DNA of 64,000 nt. Origin: Amoebophrya sp. A120 (taxonomy: Eukaryota; Protista; Dinoflagellata). Position numbers and translations under genes: made by a program. The notes below the pieces were generated by a model that ran no database searches, was not told the origin of the DNA, and saw only the letters and a list, made by a program, of their open reading frames with translations. This document shows, piece by piece, positions 46,902-56,937 of the stretch. The first letter of the stretch is position 1. Each line of letters opens with the position of its first letter. The stretch spans positions 1,856,882 to 1,920,881 of the forward strand of contig CAJINV010000009.1 in assembly GCA_905178155.1 (NCBI GenBank), written 5' to 3'.

Positions 46902-49900
46902 TTACGCTGTCCCTTGTGCGGCCAGAAAGCCATCGCCCGTTGGCCACGTCATGGTGCTCGCCAAAGCCGGCGGAGGGTGGTCCGGTAGATGCGTGGGGTC
47001 GTCGGTCTCCAGCAAAGTGATGCCAGGCGGCGAACGCGTCGGAGTTTTCTTCGGCGACTTTCTGGCCGACATGCTCATGGAGAGATTGACTGGAGGATCC
47101 GCGATGGAATACGAGTGCGCGACAAGGTTCGGATCCGTGGCCGCGTGCGTCATCGGGAGCTGGTGGTAAGCCCCAGCCTCGGTGGAGGACTCGTGATGGT
47201 GCTGCTGTAGCACCGGGGATAGCAACTGCACGGGGTGCTGACCTTGCATCGTGCTATGATGATCTTCACGCAACAAGGTAGTGTGGTTCTCGCCTCCACC
47301 CGTGCTGACAGCGGCGAGGTGATGCGCGGCCTGATAGTGGTCTTGACTGATGCTCGTCAAATGCGCGCTCGTCCCCAACTGATCATGTGGTGCGGGTGAC
47401 GTGGACAAAGCCGCCTGCATAGCTGCATTGTAATGCTGCAGAACACTGTGTTGATCCGCAAGTTCGTGGAGAAGTTGCTGGCCGTGCTGATGATCGTGGT
47501 GCTGCAGCGTCGCAGCAGCCGCTCCACTCGCATTGGCATTTGTTGCGCCTGAGTTTGTTGTTCCGTAAAACGACGACTGTTGCTGCGTCAGTTCCGGCTG
47601 CGAAGACGGGTGGTCTACTACGCCGCCCGGCGTACTCGCGTTGCCGCCTGCAAAGCCAACGTGATTCTGGTGGTTGCTTTGAGCACCATGCAGAGCTTGG
47701 TGCGGCGCTCCAGCACCCGGCGCGGTGGCGGCCGCCATAGCTGCGACAGCACCGGCTGCACTGGCACCGGAGATGTACAATGCATGCTGGTGAACAAGCT
47801 CCTGGTAGCTGTTAGCGTAAGAATCGGACAACGGCGACGCGTTGTAGTTGCTGTGGTCAGCGGTCGGCATGGTTCCCATTTGGGCATAGTGCTGTGCCGC
47901 GCCGGCATTGGTCGACGCTCCGCCCGCAGCTCCGGGCGTCGTGGAAGTACCGTACTGGGTCGCACAACTGCTGTTGTAGTTGTGGTGCTGGTGATGTTGG
48001 TGCCCATGCCCGCCACCGCCCGAAGTCGAGTGCATCTGGTGGTCTTGGTGTGGTGAGTTTGCGGCAACAGCAACAAAACTGTGCTGAATAGTCCCGTGTT
48101 GATGCTGGTGGTGGTGATGCTGCTGCTGGTGGGCCGCTGCTGCCGTCGCACTCTGGTGCTGGTTGTGCATGGCCGGCTGGTGGTGCTGCTGCTGTTGCGC
48201 CGCAGGACCAGCTGCCCCCAAGTGGTGCAGATCACTCGATTGATGGTGTTGACCACTGAAGTGATTCTGCATCAGATGCAGCCCGTTGCCGGTACTGGCC
48301 CCGCCTTGATGCGCCGACGCGGCGCCGGCGGTCGTGTTCGCACCGGAAGTGCTGGCAGCCAGCAGCTGCTGTTGGTTGTACTGCTGCTCAAACAGCGAAG
48401 CCGCGGCACTAGATTGATGCTGGTGGGGCGTTACTGCCGACGAATTCTGACTGTATAAGAGCTGCTGAAAGTCCTGGGAGTCCACCGCCCCGAACGTGCT
48501 TGTCCCGAAAGAGTTCATCGTTGTGGAGCGGTTCGCGCTTGCCAGGGAGTTGAAAGACTGCGAGTGCTTGTTCGACGCATTCATCGCCTGCTGCTGCGGC
48601 CCCCCGCGGCCGCCGGTAAAGTTGGTGTTGGTAATGGTGTTCAGCGAGGTCGCGCGGGCGCCCACCTGCTGCGGCCCGTTGCAGTTCTGCATCAGCCCCT
48701 GACTCAAGGCTTCCGACGTCGAAACCTAAGGAGCGAGATGGCTCAGTGGACGAAGTATTTTTCTTTTATTCATCAACGCAGAAAATATAGAAGTTTTAGA
48801 TTTAGTACGCATCATCGATCATCCCAACTCCAGCGCAACTTGGATAATGGGCTGCAGCAGCTCGCCTGCACTACACAAACAGTACGTAGTAGGCAAGAAG
48901 ATCCGTTTCAATTATACTGCCGGGCGCTCGTCACGAAGGTAAATTTTCGGCAGGCCTTCTGGCGGCGGCGGCTTTCTGCCACCGTCGACGCCCGTGACCT
49001 GGTCTTCCGCGATCCACTTCTGCACCTGGTGAGACCACTCGCTGCGCAGGCAGACGTCGTGGGCCGCCTGGTACACGGTGAAACGGTACTTCAAGTCGTT
49101 CGCGGACATGGTGTGGAGAATCTCCCGAAAATGCTTCAACACTCGCACTATCAAATGTAAAAATGTCTGGGTCTCCTGGAAACTTGTGACGCTGGGTCGC
49201 GTATCATGAGGAAGCCATAAGCGCTGGCTCAGCATGACAAGTTGCTGAGCTTCTAGGTGTTGCCTATTCTGCATGACAAACTGCGTTTTTGCAGGACAGG
49301 AAATTGGGGCTCTTGGGTAACCTGCATGACAGGTTTAAGTTCAAGAGTCATGCCAGAGAAGCATGACAAATCGCGCATTCTTCCAGACCCAGACATTTTT
49401 ACACTTGATACGCACAGCGCTGATCGAATCGTGGAGCGCCCCGTGGCACCGAATCAAACTTGCAAACGTGTGCGCGTTCAGCGGGCGCACGTACTGGAAC
49501 ATTTGCGACACCTGGGTACATTTAGTTGGAAAATGTGGGCGTGTGGGTACGGTATGATGGTGAAGTGCGGGCGTACGACGCCGGCATGCACCGTTTGCAC
49601 GATGGTGCGTGGTCTACGAGAGCTCAGCTCACGTCTTCTCGATTTCGCTGATCCGCGAAATTTTAAAATTTTATTTTTATTGCAAGAATATTTGAAATCC
49701 AAAGAAAATGCAAATCATTAACTATGTATGCATGTTGTAATCGTGTGATATGGAGTCTATCATACTTTGTTCCACGTAACAAGCCGCGAAATATTAAAGT
49801 TTCATTTTTTTTGTAGATGAAAATCCGCGAAATTTCAAAAATTTATTTTTATAGAGAACACATGAAAGTGTCGAAATGTAGTTTCCGGAACGAAGCGATT

Positions 49901-51317
49901 GAGCGCCCGAGTGTATTCAGAAATAAAAATACGAATACCTTCTCGTAACCTTCCAGGCTCGGATCGCGCGAGAAGATCAGGCAATAGATCGAAAAAAAAT
50001 GGCTGTTCGGCGCAACGTTGTGCGTGAGCATGAAGGCTCCCACGTAGGAGGCCACTTCAAAGCCCAGCTTGTCCTGGAGAATCACGTCCAGCAGAGCCCG
50101 AAACTCCTCGAGCCGCAACTGGTTATTCTGCTTCCGGCGGGCCATCTGCTCGGCCGCGTGGCGCAGCCGCTCGTTCTTCGACAGCCACCGCGTCCACAGG
50201 GTGCACTCCCGCCCGTGGCTCCCGCCGCCACGACCAGCTGAATGGTGGCCCCGACCGCGGGTGTGGTGGTGCGCGTTGTTGTAGCCGCTTGCGTTGCCAC
50301 CCCCGTAATGTTGGCTACTACTTCCGCCCAAGATATTGTTGCCACCGGTATTGCCGCTTGCACCACCACCCGTTCCGTTGTTGTCGTGGTCCGAGGCACT
50401 CCCCACCCCATGGCTAGCACCAAGTCCGTTGGCATTGCCATTTTGGTGCTGTTCATCCGGTCCGCCGTGTTTGTTACTGCTGGAGGTCGTCGTGGAGGAC
50501 ACCAGTAAGTCTACGAGCTCGTCAAGCCGGAGGGAGCCACTTTGATGTTGATGATGCGAGGTAGTCGCCGCGGCTGCTCCTGTGCCATTGGCAGCGCTAC
50601 TGTGGTGGTGATTGTTGTACGATCCTCCTCCGAAGGTGGCTGCGTACGAAGAGTTATTGTGCAGGGTGCTGCTGTTTGACGAGGCTAGAGTGCCGGCACC
50701 GTTCGTCGCCCCGTTGCTTCTCTGGTGGTTGTAGTGATGTTGCCCGCCAGCACCGGCACGGGCCGCCATCTTATTACTCGAGCTTAGCATCGTGGTGGTC
50801 CCAGTAGCGGTTCCGCCGTTCGCAGCAGCGCTCCTGTTGCCTCCAGCAGCATTATAGTCTGGCTGCTGCGGCCCATCGCTGTGGCCACGGTGCAGGTTCG
50901 CAATGCCCCCTCCTCCTGCGGAAGTTCCGCCGACACCTCCACCGATGCTGTCAGTTTATGTTTCTGATGAAATAATCTTCTTGATGCCACTGTTTTTAAT
51001 ATTACACAACGATGCGTACAACCATGGTACCGATATCTGCCCTGGTTGCTAGAGTTGGTTTATGCTTATCATGGATGCTGGAAGTTAGCAAGCATCTGCT
51101 CATGTTGATCTTTGTCTTCCTCACCGAGATCCACTCGCTGTCAGTGCTATGATGAAGATGTCTAGAGCCCCCGCAAACAACTTATATCGACATCAAGTTC
51201 ATCCAAGAACCTGCTCCAAGTCGACGAATCCAGATGATCCCAAGCGTTCGGCCCCTGGTCTTGCCACTGCGCATTCGAATTCGTATCCTGCCAGCCCGAA
51301 GCGGCGTCGCTCGTCAT
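46902..51317 (-). CDS. PPR-like motif protein with long Gln/His/Gly/Ala low-complexity arms, at least 5 exons
   Basis: GT-AG introns 48726-48917 and 49512-49938 plus introner 49149-49415 give MLTHNVAPNSHFF..PLNAHTFASLIRCHGALHDSISAVRVLKHF; first exon (about 51317-51185) and its junction are uncertain. Confidence 0.72.
49149..49410. mobile_element. Introner-like non-canonical intron (262 bp core, direct repeat CGCAC)
   Basis: 26-bp terminal inverted repeat TATCAA(A/G)TGTAAAAATGTCTGGGTCT with one mismatch; CGCAC at 49144-49148 and 49411-49415. Confidence 0.95.
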
Positions 51318-52360
51318 GTTGCTGTTGGTGCCTTCTACGTATTTCTTGCTACAACTTGATGACGCCTGAAGAACACGACTACCGCTGCTGTCGTCAAAAA
51401 GCTGCGACCACTAAAACGTCAGCCTCTGCACCCAGTCGCCGACCTGCTAAGTCAAACAGAAAATCTAACAAAGATAGAGAGATACTTTTGTGTGCTAGTA
51501 CTACTACAGAACAAAAATTCATATTTACCCAAACATGCAAAATTCCCTGCCGCGGTCGCTCCTTACTCTCTTTCTTTCCTTCATACGCAACACCCGCACC
51601 CAATCCGAAATATGAGAAAAAAAAACGACGACGACCTGTAATATTGGCGCTCAGTGTCATTGCGCTAGCAGACGACACAGGCATTCCTAATTCCCCCACT
51701 CCCCTGCTGAAACCGATCTTCATCTTGATTCTTGCAAGGCTTCCTCTCATCACTCAGTTGGGGCATAGAAATTTCGAGGTTTGCATTGCACGGTGGCAAG
51801 ACATACTTTTACTTCATCACTTCTATTGCTAGTAGAGCAGGTCTGAATTGTCTTGGACATGAATTGGGACACCTCTCGACAGCACGAGCACGACCAAACT
51901 ATTCGTTTTCTTTGACTCGCCGTCTGGCATCCTGTCCTTTTCCGTATTGACGATTCCATGATGAAGGAGGTCCGTGGCAGCTCATGAAGCCCAATAAAGC
52001 AGAGACCAAAGAACAAATTTGAATACAAGCGAACATCGCACTGCACAGCGGATTCTCTCCTGCGAGGCTGAGAGCTGCGCTTATTTCGCAATCGCTGTCG
52101 TGAACTCATGTCGTCGTGCCCCGGTGCCGGAGTAATCACGGAACCATAGGTGAGAAAGAGAGGGACAAACTACTATGGTATTACTGTTCATCGAGCTAGC
52201 TACAGCTCAAAGAACTACTACTTCAAGTTTCTTTTCTTGTCGCTGAATATTTGTCGCCGGAGGTGTGGTTGGGGTTGAGCTTGGAGGAGAAAACAGATTC
52301 TACCGCGTTTTCAAGTTTGTAGAAGTAGAACTTCGATTAATATCGATACCCTTGGTCCTC

Positions 52361-55244
52361 CTACAAGTCTTGATCTTTTCCCCTAGTACCGCCTCGACTA
52401 TACACCGAGGATGGTCGGCTATTTTTGCCCGCTGTCGTCCCTCGATTTCCGCCGGAGGTCTGTGAGGAGGAAGATCCGCCACCTGTTCGAGGACTGCTGC
52501 TCGCAGTACTTCTGGACTGCTGTGATCTAGTTGTGGTTCTACTATTCGAGGCGGCGCGGTCGCTCTTCTCGTCTCCCGAAGAATCAGCGTAGGAGTGCCC
52601 CCCGCCGTACTGATTTGTCGAGCTATCGTAAGGAAAAATCCCCCCTCCCCATATCGAAAACGAAACTTGTGTTGCTGTGTTTGAGTACACAAATCACATT
52701 TGTCTTGCAGTAAGGCACTCCGGCCAGATCCGCAGCCTAGGTGGGAGAGCTCAGGTCTAGTTGTTCAGCATTGCAAAAGGCTACCCTCTAGGACCAAGAG
52801 CATGCCAAATCGCTTCACAATTGGGCAGATGCCTCTGCGCTTGTCCTTTTGCAAGACAAACCTGATTTGTGGCCACAAATCAGCAACACAAATTTTCGGA
52901 AACATACCTTTTTGATATGGGGAGGGGGGATTTTTCCTCTCAATACGAGCCGCCGCTTCTACTATGCTGGCCGTGACTCGGGGCGCCGCCCATGCTGTAG
53001 CCGCTGCTGGTGCCACCTCCCCCACCCATGCCACCGAAAAAGTGGGTAGCGGCGTGGTAGAGTTTCGGGTGGCTGGATTTGATGGTCTCGAGCTTGTCGC
53101 AGGAGGTCTTCGGCATGGACTTGGCTCGCTCCATCTCCTTCGACCGGGAGGTCGGATCGGCGATTTTCCGTGCCTGCATCACGCGCTTCCACATTTTCTT
53201 TTCCTGGTACTCGCACTCCGACTGCTGGGAGCGGATGAACTGCATCTCCACCTCCTCCTCCAGCTCCAGCCGGTTCGCTTTGTTTTTCGGAAACTGCTGG
53301 TTAAAGTCCCGTTCGCTGTGGACAAAATACTGCGCCTTCAGCCGCGACGTCTTCTGCTCCACCTGGAACGTCGAGTCGCGCGTCAGGGAAAACCTGTTTA
53401 GTCGTAGTTGCAGGGAAAGATAAGAAGAGCTAACTACAGCGATGAGGCCGTGACTTCTTATTTCCATCGCAATTTTTTGCTATTCCTAGCTAGTACCGAA
53501 CAATGGTGCAAAACTGTCGAACCTATGTTGCCAAGGTACAAAAAAGAGTCTTTTTTTCTTGTATGAGCATAGGAATTCTTTGGGAATTCAAAATAGCGAA
53601 GCGAAAAAAATAGTGCTAAGTAGTACACTCGATGGGTCCTTGGCTGGAATATTCCGGACGACGTAAGTGCGGTGAGAATGACGAAGAGCAGGGGGAGTAA
53701 ATTCAAAAGTTGTTGTCGCTGTACGTCTTCTGGAGCTGTTTTCATTTTTTTTTTTGCGCATGAATGTGACAATCACAATGCTCGTCTTGGTCATCGAAGT
53801 GTACCACTGCATTATGTAAATCAACGGGACCAAGTCCAAGAGCACCACAACCGCGTGCTACACAAAGGCAAATCCAGCACTAGTCTATGTGAATTATCTT
53901 TTCCGCACCTGCTTGCTGCTGCTGTCGCTGCGCGCCGCGAGCACCTCCAGGGTGCCTGTTCTGCTGCTGCATCCGACCCCCGTTGAAGAACATGTCGAAA
54001 AAGTCGTTTGCTGTCATAAACTCCTCCTGGCGAAAATTTGTCTGCTGCTCAGCTCGATCGGGATCGCCACATTGGTCGTAGATGCGTCTGTGTGTAGGAA
54101 AAAAAATGCCAGACTAGAAAGGTTTTTCATGATTTCATAGTTGCGACGTGGCTGCGAGAGCAACATCAGTGATTTCATCATGATTATGGCTTCAAAATCT
54201 AAATCGTACCAACAACGTGCCAAAAATTAGACGTACCTTTTATTTGTGTCTTCCAGACACTGCACGGCTTTGCTGAGTTTTTTGAAGGCTTCTTCCGCGC
54301 CCGGCGCCCCGTTCTTGTCCGGGTGCAGCTTGAGCGCCAGCTTCTTGTAGGCCTTTTTGATTTCGTCGACCGAGGCCGTTTTTGTCAGCCCCATCAATGC
54401 GTAGAAGTCCTTGGTGCGGAGAATTTTCTGCACGAGCTGCATTTGCTCCGGCGTGTACTCCCGTTTGGGCTGCGTGGCGGCCTTGGCGCTCGCGCTCGAA
54501 CTGGTACCTGCTCGGCCCGCTGCGGTGGGGCGCGTAGTTTGACTCGACGAGGACGACGAAGAGCCGCCGCTGTTCGGTGCGGCACCTCCTCGACTCGTCG
54601 GGTTATTTGCTGCCCCAGCACCTCCTGCTCGCGCGTTCGCGGTGGCACCAGCAGTTCGTGGTTGCTGCGCCCCCGCTGTAGTGGGCCCAGCGCCGGCGCG
54701 CGGCCTCTGGTGCTGGCCGGCGGTGGCTCCGCCGGTTGCTGCCCCATTAGTGCTGGTGGTTCCGCGCCTGCTGTTGGCACGCCTTCTGGCGCTGCCGCCG
54801 CTGCGATTCCTCGCGTTCTGCTGAGCTTGGCGGGAGAGGTACGCGGTGAGAAGGCTGCGCATGGCACCCGGATCGGCGCCCAGCCTGACAGCCTTTTCCA
54901 TGAACCTGGTTTGTGTTTTCAATGATGCTCTCGTTGCACTTTTCCTTGACTTCATGCTCTTGTCTGGTGTCGTGGTCAAAAATTACAACAAGATGAATTT
55001 CATCAAAGCATCATGAAGAGTTAGAGTGATATACATCCGCGTGGTCATCATCTTAGTGAATGATCATTATCTTTTACACGACTAACCGGCAGTAAATTCA
55101 TCTTGCCACTACTAGCAAAATCTTCAGCAAAAAGTATAAATCGAGAGAGTACTTCTGCGCTTTCTCCTTGTCGCCCTGGGAGATCGCTTCCCGCATGCGC
55201 GCTGTACACTGATCCACACCATCTTGGTTAATGTTCGCGGTCAT
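52361..55244 (-). CDS. ER-type J-domain co-chaperone, DNAJB12/14-like (J domain, TM segment, DUF1977-like region), 6 exons
   Basis: KKAYKKLALKLHPDKNGAPGAEEAFK; N-terminal GDKEKAQK-FMEKA; TM LLPLLFVIL; GT-AG introns 54906-55152, 54088-54236 and 53736-53908; probable GA-AG intron 53394-53638; introner 52624-52950. Confidence 0.9.
52624..52945. mobile_element. Introner-like non-canonical intron (322 bp core, direct repeat CGAGC, inverted repeats of about 90-100 bp)
   Basis: TAT..AGGAAAAATCCCCCCTCCCCATATC..TTGTGTTGCTG..CACAAATCA..TTTGTCTTGCA mirrored at both ends; CGAGC at 52619-52623 and 52946-52950; removal gives RSGGS|TNQYGGG. Confidence 0.95.
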
Positions 55245-56937
55245 TTGCGCAGTCATATTTTCTTCTTCTCACAGCTCCTACGATCTTCCGCCCTGCTATC
55301 GTTCGTGCGCGAATGGGAAGTGCTGGCTCGAAGTCGAACTGATTCTTCTTCCCTTCTTACTCTTAGCTCCCCTCGCGTCTGGTGGTTCACGTTCTTTCCA
55401 ATTGCAATTGGCTCGCTTCTTTTCGTCAACTACTGCGTTGCCTAGTTGTCGCAGCCAGTGCACTGTAATACGAGAATCCGGTTACATCATCTCCTCGCCA
55501 AGGGAATGGACGAGACAAGGCAGAGACGGTTTGCGGCACGAGCGAACGCCAACACGAACCATGGACATGGTTTTCTCTATCTGTCTCTGCTGCGGCATTA
55601 TGAAGACACTAAGACTACTAGATCGATGCAGGACGACGTTGACGAGCCAGGATGTAATACTACAGATATGAGTTGGAGTTCTGTATGGAGACGATAACAG
55701 GGAAAATAGAAATACAGGGACAAGACTCCTGCGCAGCTATATTACCTCGAAGACTTTGCTACCGGAGAAATGACTTTGAGTTTGAGAAGATGACAGGACA
55801 AAAATAAAAATATTTCTTTCACTTTTCCTTCAAAACTTTGTTGCGAGATCTCATCGGGAATGTATCTTCTGTCTTCAGACAAGGAAGCAGAGCTGCCGGG
55901 GGGAAAAGTCAGCAGGCGTGTTGAGATTTAGTTCTAGTCGAGCTTGTAAAACAGGGGGCCTGAAGGCGTTCGAATTCCGCAAAAAAATGTGCGTGGAAAA
56001 ATAACAAAAACGGCACACTTAGTTGTCCAATCAACTCGACAAAACGACGAATAGATTGTGTTTGTGATTGATTAGGTGAGCCAAAAGTATTCAAAACGGC
56101 AGGACTGAACGTGGATTGTGTTGGTTGAACGAGCGGGTCTAGTGATCCTCCTATTATTTTTTTTCTTTGCACGAAGTAAGTTTTTTGTACGTGCTGAACC
56201 GCACCAATCGCCTACTTCTTCGTCGAAACGAAAAAGAACTGCAATTGCATTTTTTTTTGTACTACTGGTGGTGGTGCTTGATGTTGATGGCGGGAGCAAT
56301 ACAAATGGTTTTGCTTTATTTGCATTTATGTGTTTCGTCCGGTCGTCGCCGGTGGAGGACAGTACATTGCATTGAGAAGTCTTTTACGGGAGTAGAACAA
56401 CTTAAACGAAATTTTGATGTGCATGTGGGTGTGGCACCCGCGAAACTGAGAGCCGTTCTTGTCGGGATACTAGGGCTTTCTTGTTGAGCACGACATCAAA
56501 CTAGGGCGTTTATTCCATAATTGAGTAGAAACTCATGCCCGTTGTGGTTGTACACAAATCTTCGACGGCAACATCTTCTGTATCAAGCGTGATCGTTTAG
56601 CAAGGTTCTATCGGACACCGAGTTCAAGAGTTTCAAGCTCATGCTCAAGAAACACAAAAGGGAGTAAGCGACAACATCAACATGTGTTTTCGTCGTGGTA
56701 GGCAAGACGCTCCCAAGTAAATACAACAAAGACTTTCTTCAAAAAGTTTCAAAAAATCATACAAGAACATTGCGTCTGCGCTTTTCCTTTTTGCAAGAAC
56801 TCGTGCTTCTATCTTCTGGTTACGTTTATGCTTTGCCGGTACATCAACATGACAGTTGTCGGAATCGCCCACCCCCAGGTTGTCGGTCTACTTCACTCGA
56901 GGACATCCATGTTTTGCATCCTCTCTTCATCAGCTTC

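Noticed and set aside
51149-51832. 227-aa plus-strand ORF as a gene
   Set aside because: No domain, atypical composition, and it overlaps the probable first exon of the minus-strand gene
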